Below are positions 39,263-52,200 of a stretch of 64,000 nucleotides of DNA, piece by piece. Source of the DNA: Balanoglossus misakiensis (lineage: Eukaryota; Animalia; Hemichordata); NCBI GenBank assembly GCA_040954595.2, contig CM082592.2:5942308-6006307 (forward strand), given 5' to 3'. Under the pieces are notes generated by a model. It saw only the letters and a list, made by a program, of their open reading frames with translations, made no database searches and was not told where the DNA came from. Each line of letters begins with the position of its first letter. The stretch's first letter is position 1. The position numbers and the translations under genes were made by a program.

Positions 39263-42200
39263 ATGAAAACGTCGATACACCAACAGAACATTTGCTGTCT
39301 CTTCGCCATAGCCGTGTATTTTTACCTGCGACCAAACACCGTTACTTTGCATCACGGCGTGGTCGTCGACGGGCGCCAAGAAGATATTTTTAACACTCTA
39401 CAAGAAATGAGCACAGCTGTGATATTCTACGGAGTCAGGTGCGTGACGTTTCCTGGGTGTTTAGTAACAAACACGGTATTTCGGGGTCTTTTTCGACAAA
39501 CGTTTCTTGATAAAGAAACTCAGTTTCGTGAACTATTTTCCATTTGCTTCTGAGATTATCTTGCGTGATTTGTATTATTGTCTTGCTGCAGCAGTCGTCT
39601 GCTAACAAGTACATGACTGTATATTATATATTCGTGTGCCAAGAAAGTGACGTTTGATTTGAACGCCAGACGAACCCCAGGGACATCCCCGGGATCGTGG
39701 GTATTTCTATATAGGGCCAAACAAAAGAACATTCGTATGCAGAACGCAACCGTTTACGTGTATTTGAAGCCAAACACCACGTCCACTTAGTATATATACC
39801 GCCTCGGTCATTTTAAAGGGACAAAGTCGTGAAAATACCAGCGAATTCGCGCACATAAAATAGAAATCGTGAATTGCTAGTGCCATGTCGTATTTGACGT
39901 AAATATCTACATCTTTGATTTTAAAAACTCCGAATCCGGGAAGGAGACAAACACGGAAAAACGAACTCAAGGACGACGAGAATCAGTCCCCACAGTGTTT
40001 GCGCTGCGTATCTGAACTCCGACCGAGAGAGATTATGACAACGTTGATGTTGATTCTAACATGATGCGCACATCGAAATTGATTAATAGCTCCATCTGTC
40101 ATTATGATGTCATGCATTTGATCCCGTCGCTTCTTTTGTCCGTGTAAACGTGAGACACACGGCCAGAATCTTATCTGGCCTTGCCGTTAAAAAAAAACAT
40201 GTTCATTGGTTAAAGTCTTCAAAAACAGTCTGTAAGTAAAAATATTTATTTATCATGAATACAAGCAAGCATCCTTCAGAGAGAACACGTGATGATTGCG
40301 AAAAAAGCAACGCGTCATTGGAATTGCGTAGCCAGTAGTGGCTATCATTCCTCTGTTATGATCGTGTCTAAACACGTTGATCATTAATAGGGAGAAAAAA
40401 GGGGGAGGCCCGTTGAAACAAGAATTGGAAGATTGTAAATAATAGCTTTTGAATCATGATGATATACGCCTTAGTACAGTCTCATCGAAGAATTCATATT
40501 ATTTGCTGTATCATGTTCATGGCCATTCATCTTTTTATAGACGAAAATCAAAACAAGTACTACAAAAGAAAAAAAGAGTGTCTGGAAATAGCTTTTCGCG
40601 GAATATTATGACTTTCAAAGTTTCCCCGAATTGTCTTAGTTCACTTGGTACAAGATCTCCAAGTATGGACTACTTGGTTGAAAACCCATCCGACGAAATC
40701 GGCTACATGTAGAAAACCTGGGCGCGATCTCACTGACTGTTAGTAGGCCTACTGCAAGAAAGACCAAAAAAGTCTTGATCAAAATGAAACCGACTTTCGG
40801 CCAGAAGGCTCCTTCGGCCTTGCCACGTGCACGGCGCAACTGTTGCATGTGCGCGACCACCTGGGCATGCACTGCATATCAGTTTAAAGGCCGAGTTACA
40901 CGAGGCAACTCGGCAGGCAACTCGGTGGGCAACTCGACGCGCAACCCGAGTCGCGACGCTACATCGAACGGTTACACGGGGCGACTCGACTGGCAACTAA
41001 TTGGGCGTAAACAGCGGCTGCGCATGTGCACCCGCCTCAAAAGCCGATCTTCAATTTGATCTTTATCCGATATTATGCATAAATATTTGGTGGTTATTCT
41101 GGCAACAGCATGCATATATTATACTTATCAATTAGCTGATCAAACTGGTCATCTGACCGAGTATTTTTTCTTGAAAAAAACAACAAAAAAAGTTTGCGAA
41201 TTTCAACTGCATACAATACGTATACTTTCTCCACCATGTATTACTATTGACATAATAAACTAACTAGTATCGCACTTCAACAGTATCCTCATCAATAAAA
41301 ACATTTTTTGTTCTCAGTTAGCAGGTGATATGCAAGTCTATATCAGTATTAAAAGAAAAAAAACTAGCTTGGGTGCTTAATTTAATTGATGAATACGGAT
41401 TTTTTAATCGTGATACCAAATTAGACAAAATTTAAACGTTACTGAATATTTTTTAATAGAACAGGAGTAACTTAAGTTTAATTTAATTTTATATAAAATG
41501 TACTTGAAACCAGGTATTATTTTTTTATAAAAGATCAACCGGCGAGTTTAAATCCTTGTAAGACAGGGGAGTAGATTATGGGGAAATTGAAGAAAGTTGC
41601 GCAATTTAACATTAAGATTACTGAATTATCAAACTGCACATCATATAAATGTGTGAAAAATGCGGAGCCAAAAGTCGTGCCAATCTGCAAAAACGTTATA
41701 GATAATATACAAAATTCGTGTTTCGAAATACAGTGAAAGTAATAACAAGTGGGACTTTTCATTGTAGAAGAACGAAGTAGGCCTATATTTTGTATATTGA
41801 TTGAAAGATTTGTTTGTATGTAAAATAATACAAATAGAACTATATTTGTATTTATAAGTTGATATGACCGGGCGAAATAGACACGTGTTTTGCCCAAAAA
41901 GATATATGATGTACACTGGCTGTGAACTCTTGAACTGTGGGCGATAATCATAAGCTGGCGTTTTATTATTCTGAAATTCGGTTATGATATTTGGTTGCGG
42001 TACCCCAAAAATCGGAAATGCAATCAATGTCGAGTCAATCATCATAACCATTTTCGCGAAACTGAATAGTAGTTTATTTTCATATCATCACTGGCAAGAT
42101 AATTAGTTGAAAGTTTCTTTAACAAAACGTGAGTTATATGGAAATATTGAACTATAAATACATACAAATATCCGATTTCATAGCAAATACTTATTCCCCA

Positions 42201-43552
42201 ATATTTTCGGAAGTCTACAGGTCTACAGTCTGTAGTTCCTGGTTCGGAAAATAACAAATAAACATCATTTTCGCATGTGCAGATGTCAAAATTTATTCGA
42301 GACAAAGTGGTAACGCGGGGCAACCGATTGCGCGTCAGGCAACTCGTCGCCCGAAAATCCGACATGACGGATTTTGAGGCGACGTCGCCAGACGCGTTCC
42401 ATTGAGGCGACTACATCATACACACGAGGCAACTCGGTAGGCAACTCGGGTTGCGCGTCGAGTTGCCTACCGAGTTGCCTGCCGAGTTGCCTCGTGTAAC
42501 TCGGCCTTAAGCCACCTTGGTATTCGCGCAAGGTTTCCCCCGAGCCGATACGCAATCATTCCTGACCGATATGAAAAATTCCATCCTTGAACAGGAGCAA
42601 CGAACTTTTGTGGCCGTACGTACTTCTCCGGTCTTCCGAGCTGGCACGACAAATGCAAAAGCCCTGCATGCACCCACAGTATGTTTTGATAACAAAACTT
42701 TCCGTTATTTATTTCAGGATGGCGTTGGTAGATAGAATTGGAAAGGAAGAAAGGTTGAACACACGAACCACTTGTTACACTGCGATATCAAGGGTTCCCG
42801 TTCACGGTTACAGTGTTCACGTTAGCTACGACGCATGTGTCACGACACCTAAAGCGTGAGTGTTTTTTATTTCTTTTTCCTGTACCTCCATGTTCATAAG
42901 AAATTGACTTGATCGTGTAGAAAAAGTGCACAATTCGTTTTTTTTTAAAGGGGCGTAGTCAATGCACAGACAACCGTTTGTTTCCAAATGAACACAGTTC
43001 CGTGCACAGACAATAGGGCTATTGTTTATTTCCATAGAAGTGCCCACGTCGAGAAATATGGGTCTTTAACGAACATAACAAACACACGTCAGCCCACTAC
43101 CACTGACTTAGGAAATCCCCACCTGTTGATATCAACATGTCATCAAGCACGTAGCGTGCTGGAGTTGCGCCCTCTGGTGACATATTTTGAATTGTCTTGG
43201 TTCAACGTTTCTCCATCAATTTCCTTCCAGAGCTCTCAACGAAGTCACGGTGACGTCCAGAATATTTGGTGGGCTGCTCACTGTAGAGCAGCGATGGTCC
43301 TTGGAACCGCATTTTGACGACAGGCTGGTCAACGCAACACATCCGTCTACAGGCGAATCAACCAACAGTGAAGACACAGCGAACAAAAGCAACACTGAAG
43401 CTGTGAAACACAGGACGCTTATTCAGGAAGATCTGACGATCACCTGCCCGAACTTTCTCAAGAGCTACGTCAGGGGTTTGACAAACGCTCAACACGGACT
43501 GTTTCTCAAGAACCTCAAAAATTATTTTGAAAACAGGTTAACACCGGCTTGA
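39263..43552 (+). CDS. N-terminally anchored SRPBCC-like protein, paralog 2, ~211 aa
   Basis: Exons 39263-39438, 42718-42855 and 43231-43552 total 636 nt in frame, with the same phase-2/phase-2 introns as paralog 1. Shared patterns: M..VD...KEE, VP...GY.V, NEV and the C-terminal H...L.N.K.Y.E. Confidence 0.7.
40885..42510. mobile_element. ~1.6-kb non-autonomous PIF/Harbinger-like DNA transposon in intron 1 of SRPBCC paralog 2
   Basis: TAA|AGGCCGAGTTACACGAGGCAACTCGGCAGGCAACTCGGT.GGCAACTCGACGCGCAACCCGAGT ... reverse complement ...AACTCGGCCT|TAA. About 65-bp TIR, 3-bp TAA duplication, AT-rich non-coding interior, GGCAACTCG subterminal repeats. Confidence 0.88.
43165..43180 (-). promoter_or_regulatory. 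CTCF-like motif
   Basis: Reverse complement TCACCAGAGGGCGCAA matches the CTCF core closely. Motif match only. Confidence 0.35.
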
Positions 43553-44670
43553 TATCTGAATATCCGGCCAAACACTGGCTATGCTTGTGTGTCCGAGTTA
43601 ATTCAATGGTGTTCATCATCCCATTGATATATACCACGGAGATTTTATGAAGGTTCTAAACTGTAAATGACCATGACAACGGTTGTCAGCACAAAGTATA
43701 GCAGAACTGCATGAAGTATGTTCACTTAATAAAAGATGACTAATATTCCCAGCTTGTTGGGGATCGATATTTAAACAGATGCAATTTTTCTCCAAGACAA
43801 AGTAACACCAGTGATGGCTTATTTTGACATGGTGTGCTATTCAATTGCCCAGCTCTGGCAATGTTTTTTTATGATAGTTTGACAACAGCTCTTTTTTTTA
43901 AAATGAAGTACAGACTTTTTGATAATACACATCCACGCTGCATTGGGCATTTCACATATAACAGATTATTACATGCAACACATACTGGGGGCTGCTTTGT
44001 TGTAAATTTCAACAAGTTAGGAATTAACAAACCCAAGTGTTAGACGATGATCGCAAAATGGTAGAATTTTGTTGTTAAGACATTTTTTTACAATTCCATA
44101 CCAATGTGTACCAGAATACAGAGGGATTCACTTTAGTCCAATTCCTTCAATGCTTAAATTCACTTTCTGAACTCTACTGTGCAATATTTTGCTCAGTAAA
44201 AGAAGAGGTCTCTTTATCGACAACAGATGTTTTTTTTTTATTTCTAGCACTTATACAATGTTGTAAATATGAAACAGTTTTAAAGATTAATATATCAACT
44301 CTGTATGACAAAGGAGGAAAGCATTCTCCTGTTTTGTGGCAAAGATATATCAAGCTTGTATCCATGGCAACTGATAGGTGTATTTGTCATGGTTATTTTT
44401 TAACGATACTTCTTGACAATTATAGCGGTCTGTTTTTGTGTCATTTCTCATTGAAAAGGTCATGACCTTGTCAGATGCAACTCTGCCATTTATTCTGTCT
44501 AATAACCAGTTCCAGTCTTACTCTGCACAAAACCTCCCAGAGTCCCCCGCAGTAACAAGGAAGCATCCACAAACTGGCCCTTTTCGACAGGTCCAATAGG
44601 ACTTGTATTTACTAACTGGGTCATTCCACAGAATCCCCAACCAATTCCTGAGCATTGATTCTAATCACGG

Positions 44671-45843
44671 TCATTCGGAAGACTCCAGCTGATCCAACGC
44701 TACATCTTTGGCCGTCTCTCCTGAAACAATTTTCAAGCACTGCTCGGCAAATTCTAGAAACAGAGGTTCGTGCATTGCCTTTTCCATGGCTCTGTCCTTG
44801 TTGCTGGCGTCGTCAACGTGGCCTATCAAATCCCTCAGGTGAGGGTTTTGGAGCAAACTTTTCATGTGCTGTGATTCTCCTGCAAAAGTAACCAGAAAGA
44901 GTCGAGTCATGTTTCTTGTGTTTAGTTACCTCTGTGTGACCTCACATGGTAGGTAGCCATTTTTGTTTAAACATTCAACTACTGCCCATATCTCTTCTAT
45001 TCACCAAGGTGATAAATTTCTAACCAGACTACAAGGGTTGAAAAGTGTGTGTCATTTTACAACTTTGAGAAGTCGATGACCCCAAAGCCCTCACCAAGTT
45101 TTCTGAGTGATTCGACAGAAATGTGGTCTTCGTCAACTTCCATGAATTCTGCCCGATCTTGCTCGCTGTCATCGCTCCATATCTCACCCTCCTCTGAAAT
45201 GAACAAGTGATTACATATTAATGCACTAAAATGTGTAGAGCATTTGTTGTCCAGTGGACATTATTCATCAAACACAATAATTATTACACCACCTTTGACA
45301 AACAGAAAAAAAACAAAGTTTTACCTCGACTGCTTTCAATCCTGTCAGCCTTCAGGCTCGTTGATATCACTGGCTTTTCTTCATTTTCTTTGTTATGTTG
45401 CAACTGTATTTGATCACATACTGTTTCTGCAAAAGAAACCCACAATGAAATCAATTACATGGGCAGTGGATAATTGTGGAATTACTTGTGATACCGGTAT
45501 ATAATTTGACTTGTCACATACATTCATCATATTTGCATAGTGGATCTAAATCGAAATCAGTTAAGAGGTTCGATTAACCCTTTAAAGTTGGATCTCTGCA
45601 GACGGAAACTTACTTACCTTTGTGATGTTTATAGCAATTCAGAGAGCAGCTGAAAAACAAAACAAAAACAGAAGACAGAAGTGATGACCATTCACTGATT
45701 CAGTCCCAGAGTCTCATTGAGGGTTGTTTATATGGCGATCGCCTATGATCAGGAGTGTACAGTGTTGTTACTTACTATAGAATTTTACATTTTGGACATC
45801 GGTACTTGTGACTCTCTTCCTTACACACCTCACACAGCTTCAT
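44671..45843 (-). CDS. ZNHIT3: Zinc finger HIT domain protein 3 (box C/D snoRNP assembly), 5 exons, ~169 aa
   Basis: Exons 45843-45776, 45649-45618, 45426-45325, 45193-45095 and 44879-44671 total 510 nt in frame. zf-HIT: CEVC...KYRCPKCKILYCSLNCYKHH. C-terminal domain: LGESQHMKSLLQNPHLRDL...AMHEPLFLEFAEQCL. Confidence 0.93.
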
Positions 45844-46200
45844 TGTTCAACTGGTTAATTTCTAGATCAGAGCGGTGTACGGGAGAAGCAGCACCGGTTC
45901 ACTGAGGAGACGGTGTGTATGCACGTGTGGTTTATAGGGAAACGGAAGTGGAATATACCAAGCCGATAGTTTGATGAGGGACAAGGCATGATTAAAATTA
46001 GCATTGGATACTTTGTGGTGATCTGAACAGTCAAAACCCCATGCGATTTTCAAAATTATTACTAAGATGTGATACTAAATATTCCAATTTGGTGAATTTT
46101 GAGTTACTTACACCCCAGGCTGTTGCTGTAAATTGGTGAGCCTTGGACCCACCCTTCCAACAAATAGACAAGTCTTTGACCTACTTTTGGTGATAATAAC
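45844..46200. promoter_or_regulatory. Putative bidirectional promoter between ZNHIT3 and the PPP phosphatase gene
   Basis: Divergent ATGs ~360 bp apart, with an ETS-type CGGAAGTG motif at ~45943. Confidence 0.55.
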
Positions 46201-49200
46201 ATGGCGACTTACAGTTGTGAGTCCAACTTGGATTCCGATCTATCAACCACACGAAATGTCGCCGTGTTTATTCACCGGGAGGCGGACCACAGGTATCTGT
46301 TAGTAAAATGTAGCGAAACCAAAGGATGGTGGCTTCCCCACGCGACTGTCAGTGGGGAAAAACAGACGTTCGCCGATGCCGCATCCATCGCTGTCAGGGT
46401 ACGTATTAGAAAACTTACCCGGCCGGTAAAAGTGAAAACCCCACAAGTGAACGTGTCCTTGACAATCTCAATGTCAAACGAAATGTCATCGTTGTGCATG
46501 GCGTTGTGTTTCTTATGTTATTCGATCTGTAGTGGAAGAAGTGTGGTTGTACTGAAACACGCTTCTGTATAATAAAAGACACTACACTAGAATATAGAGC
46601 TGCCACCAAAATAGCGGAACTTTAATACTCAAATTCCTCTTCGCAGAGACGTTTATCATTACATTATCAGTCAATGACCGTGTCGGCGAGGGCTGGTCTG
46701 TAGGCTAACCATGTATCACGAATAAACAAGCTCATTTCATGAAACGTGATTGACTAAATGTATATCCGGCTTACAGTTTTGCTTTACTGGCTGTTAAATG
46801 AAGTTCAGTGATGCTAATAATTTTATTTCAAGAAACCAATTAAGGAAAATATAAAATATCATAAATATTACTTACGAGACAACAAACGAACAAACAAACA
46901 AACAAACAAAACAACAGAACAGGTAAAAATTAGAGCAAAACATCATTATTAAAAATGACCGATGAAAATATTCAGGAAAAAACTCATTCAAATTTATTAC
47001 GATAACTTTGAGATTACTCAAAAGCAAAAAAAAAAATGGCTGACAAATATGTTTATATATGATTTAAAAATAAATGAACCATATGATTTATTTATATATG
47101 TCAGATTGTTAAATCTATCAATCTATGTCAACTCTGTAACCCTAACACTTTACAAAGATTCTGTTACTGTTGTACCTATTTATCTTTTAATAGCTCCCAT
47201 TGAGTAAATAGAAAATATAAATGATTTGATATATTTATGTGTTTTGCAGAAAAGTGGTGTTGAAGTCGAGTTGAGTGGCATACTTGGCATCTGCCATACA
47301 GGGCTACCAGAGGTTCACCGCTCGGTGTTACAAGTCCGATTCTTGGCCGTGTTGAAGCCGAGCCTGAATCGCAAGAAATCCCTCCCCCAAGGAAGCCAGT
47401 CAAAGAAAGTGGAAGTGGAGCTGGAAGACTTCGTCAAGTGGTATTCCTGGGATGAGATGCAGGAGTTAAGCGGTCAAGATCCGGGATTGCTGGGAAGAGA
47501 GCCGTTGGAATTGGCCAACTATATCAGGGAAGGTAAGGAATATTTTCTGTGACATTGAACGGAATTAACGTCTGTGTGGAACTCTGCAGGAAGTCGAACC
47601 ACATAGTGATCATTGAAATGCTATGTCATTAATTGGATACTCCTGGAAGTGGGGATATGTTACTATAACTGTATTTACATATACATACATACTGGGAAGA
47701 TGAAATCCTAATTTCATATTTGCCTAATTATAGCATTATGTACTTATGTTAAGTTATGATTTTATGTCTTATTCTCTTTCAGGTGGTACGGTGTATCCCC
47801 TGTCGTTTCTCAGAGAAGGTTTCATCCATTTAGTGAAGACAGCCGACCAAACGACAACTACACCATCACACACTGCACAGTTGCTTCAAGCAGCGAAATT
47901 TGGACGCAATGGTAAGCTGTGGAACGTTGTGTGTGCAACTTTCCACAAGTCAAGGTAGTTGACGTGACGTGAGGCAATATTTCCCATAATATTTCACTCA
48001 AAATGTATTCTCGACAGCACTCTTTATTTTATGGTTTTCGCCTTTTTTTTGGTTCCGCGACAGAACAAGAACTTGTACTAGAGGAGTATCTGGATATCTG
48101 TTGGCCGTGCTTGACGATGAATAAGTCGGTCTTCACAAAACATATGACAGCGAAGGGTGTACCAGACGACCACTGCCCACATCTCTTCAGGTAAATGCCT
48201 TCCCTTTGAAAAAAAAATACGAGACAGACCAGCTCATCCTGACATTGCTGCCTGTCCGCCAACATTTTGGTATAAAATTGTTCAGATTTTAGTATACTTT
48301 CAGCCGATACCATATTTTTTGTCAAACACAAGAAGCTAACAGTTTTAATTAAATTTAGTTGGAATAAAAATGAATTAAGGTGTGTCCTGTACATGAAGCA
48401 TCTATTGTCGAACATCACCCATCAGTCTGTTCTACCAGCACAAATCAGCAGTGTCTATGAAAATTTAAAATCTACATGTTATATTCATTTCATGTTAACC
48501 TTTCAACTTTAACCTTTGACCTACAGAGCCTTTGACGTACACAACAGAGGCTACCTCCACTTTCATGAGTTTCTGAGTGGACTTGCGGCAATGCAGCCAC
48601 ACACGCCACACGGTGGGCCACCCGCTGAACAGAGATGTAAATATATTTTCCGTTTCTACGATGTGAATAATGATGGATTATTAGAATTTACTGAATTTAA
48701 GTAAGTATACAAATCTGTTTTTGTTGTTGTTGCTTATTTTCTGTTAGCCACTATAAGAGGTTGATAATGTGTGTGGTTGTACCCATCAGTAAGTTTGTAT
48801 AAATGGACCAAAATATTTTTGAAGTTTAACATGGAAATAATGCAGGTATTGGGGCTGTAATGGTTTTAAAAATATGTATGTGTGACAGATAAAATATGTG
48901 GCAGTGTATTCACTGCAGTGCACTGACTGTGCTTGTTTGTACTTCAGAGCAATGGTGTCTGACATCAGGAGAAGAAAAAACATGCAAGTCACCGACGAAG
49001 CATTGGAAAAAGATGCTGTGGCAAGTGCCAAGTAAGACGCCCTCCACTGATGGCGCCCTCTGGAGACCAGAGTCACTCTGATCTCCAGAGGGTGTCGTTC
49101 GTTTCGCTTCATGACGCCGTTGATTTTGCTCAAAGGATTCCATTTTCAAATCATGTGAAGAATAGACAGATACCATCGCTGGTGCAGATCCCTGAAAATA

Positions 49201-52200
49201 CATGGATATATTGAAACTATATTTTTTTGATTCGTTATTTTTCAGGGTTTTTGGAACACAACCCAAAGCCAGCCTGGGCCTCAACGAGTTTTTGAATGCT
49301 GTTGGACAGTTGAAGTTTCGGGGAACATCTTTACTCTTGAGGCTACCCAAAGTGCCTGTGAAGTTGAATGAGTGAGTTGTGAACTTTGATCGTCACAAAA
49401 ACTGCTTTCACACATTATTGAGAAAATTGTTTTTTGAACACACCTTGATTTGCGTATTGCATATGTATACATTATTGTACTATGTCTATCCTAGTTTGGC
49501 TTGGCAAATATTTGTCTGCATCAAAAAAGCTTTTGTTTTCCTGCGGATGTGAACAGTTTTGCAGATTCAGTTGACACGGAAGAGGATTTACCGAACGAGA
49601 CGGAGAAGCGAAAGCGAAAACTCAAGGCGTCTCACCTCAACAAGAGTGGAAAGTTCACTTTGGTGTCCGTGGACATGAATGCCGATGGTAAGATAACATG
49701 GCCATGCGGAATATTTGGTTACGATTTTGCCTCTGAGGATGCAGATGCGTGACGAGATTAGACAGACAGCAAATTGTTTCATGCGCATTAAAAATTCATT
49801 GGAAAATGCAGCATATTACGTGTAGTTTGTTATGCCTGCCATATGGACAGCTTCGTTGCGCCCTCATATTGATGGTTGTGAATGTCGGGCTGACATTGTG
49901 GATTTCTCGGCAGGCGTAGACAGCAGTGAATCAGACAGTGGGTTGATGATGAAACCGGGTCGAATACAACCCAAATACGAACTAGCTATCCACTCGGTGA
50001 AGGTGAGACGCAGTGGAACGCTTTCCGACGTCAGCGCCGTATGGGATATTCAAGGTAATATGTTGGTTAATGGAAATCTGATGTTTAGACAGTATGGCAG
50101 TTGGGAATTGCGTGCATGCATGCAGACGCAATATGCCATTATTTGACTTGCACAGTATGTTGTTTTTAATAGACAGGATATGAAATATGTAAGCGATCCC
50201 AAGTCATTTTCCTAATCTGTCATTCCCAAATAATACTTTAGAGTTGATTCCCTTTAAATTTTCGTGTCCTTGAACTGCCCAAATTTGCCAGAAGCCATGA
50301 CTGAGATTGAATCCCTGAAAAAACTGGGGAAAATGTGGTTTATACTGATGTATACACATGTATATTCTTTCCATGGTCTCCACACGATCCAGGGACGTCA
50401 GCAGTAACCAAATCAACCAAGTCAACACTGTCAGACGTTGATGACCTTGACAGTGATAAAAGCAGATTTCAGAGGACCACGTCTGTGGATGCCTTCAATC
50501 TTGTAAGTATAAGCACCTCTGATGTCATGTTATTCGCAGAATTACCAGAGCTAGTGTCTTTAATTGTACATCTAATACAGAGGAGATATTGTCCAAGATG
50601 GTCGTGGACGATGTGATACATGATATCACTGGACACCATTCAATATGAAAAGTGAGGGAAAACTGATTGCAAACTTATTAAGCAAAAAAAATCACCACTT
50701 TGAACATTCATTTACATGAAGAACATTTGACGTTTGCCCTGTCAGTGGCTAATATATTCCTATTAGATTTTCCATCACTGTCTGTAAGGAGTGCATATTT
50801 TGAGAAAGTCATTTCTCCATTCTCTCGCTACAGAGGTCACATCCCAACGAAATGTTGACTGGTCTGCGGTATTTCGAGAGAGCAATAAAAGGGGACGCAC
50901 CCGAACAGACAAAACAACCACTAAGTTGGGGAGCTGTAGATAGAGGTGCCCTAGCTCGGTGTCTATTAGCAATATGTCGTGAAGCGAAAGAAGTTTTTGC
51001 AGCTGAATCAAGATTGCTCAGGCTCAGTGCACCTACGTATATATTAGGTCAGTTCAACTTTTTTGAGTTTTTGTAAAATTTGATACTGTAATACTTTCAT
51101 GCACAATAACATAAGGTGATTCGAATACATGTAAAAATATTTCATTTTATTCACAGGTGACATCCATGGGAATTTCCATGACTTGGTTTGTTTTGAAAAA
51201 GTGCTGTGGCGAATGGGGCCTTTACTGACGCCTGCAAATTTCTTATTCCTTGGAGATTACGTAGACAGGGGAGAGCATGGCCTAGAGGTTTGTTGTCCTC
51301 TCTTTTGCTACACCTCATTCGAATCCGTTGTGTTAGCGTGAATCTACAAAGATAACTGTCTTTTGTATACTCACTGAAATATTCCATGATTTCCATCTTT
51401 TCCAGGTGGTGGCATACCTTTTCGCCCAGAAGCTTCTGGCTCCGAGTAAATTTTTTCTCATCCGTGGAAATCATGAAGTGAGGACTGTGCAAGTCATGTT
51501 CAATTTTCAAAGGTAGATGTGCTTCGTATCTACATACTACAGTAATCTTGCAGTGTGAATATATATATATATATGAGACACATTTGAGCTCTATGTGACT
51601 TTTGGCTATTTTACAGTACATATACTGTTTACCACCTCCAGTTTCTTGACTGCCTTGCCAAAGCACAATGAAACACCAGATGTCTGTAGGTGTGTTATCC
51701 TTCTGTGACATCATTTATGTTGTTTATTTTACAGAGAATGTGAAGGAAAGTTTGGCCCGACTGTTGGCACACAACTTTGGGAGTCTGTCAATGACTGCTT
51801 CGATGCAATGCCACTGGCTGCAGTAGTTGATGAGAAGGTATTTGTCCATTACTCAGTTTGCAAGGGTGTCAGAAACGATGCCGATTTGGTTTTTAATTTC
51901 AAGTAATTAATAAGATATTGTTATGTTCTTTGATGCTTGACTTTTTTTCCCAGATTTTCTGTGTGCATGGTGGTATTCCTGATGCAAAACTGTATACCGG
52001 AGGGGGCTGTTTCTCCAGCATCGAAAAAATCCAGAAACCATTGAGAGATCCGGAGCACCAAAGTCCGCTGGCGTGGGAATTAATGTGGAATGATCCAGTC
52101 AGGTAAGTCCCCTGCCCCCCTCCTTTACACCTAGGGCACTTAATCCATGGGTGTACAGTACACTTGTGTTGTTTGAATACCGTTGTGTTGCAGGTGTGCT

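Noticed and set aside
40888-41000. Short spaced GGCAACTCG repeats resembling a CRISPR array
   Set aside because: Eukaryotic intron, no unique spacers, and the repeats are part of a transposon TIR.
43039-43150. Possible extra exon in SRPBCC paralog 2 (SAHVEKYGSL...)
   Set aside because: No counterpart in paralog 1 and no convincing donor; the flanking exons already join in frame.
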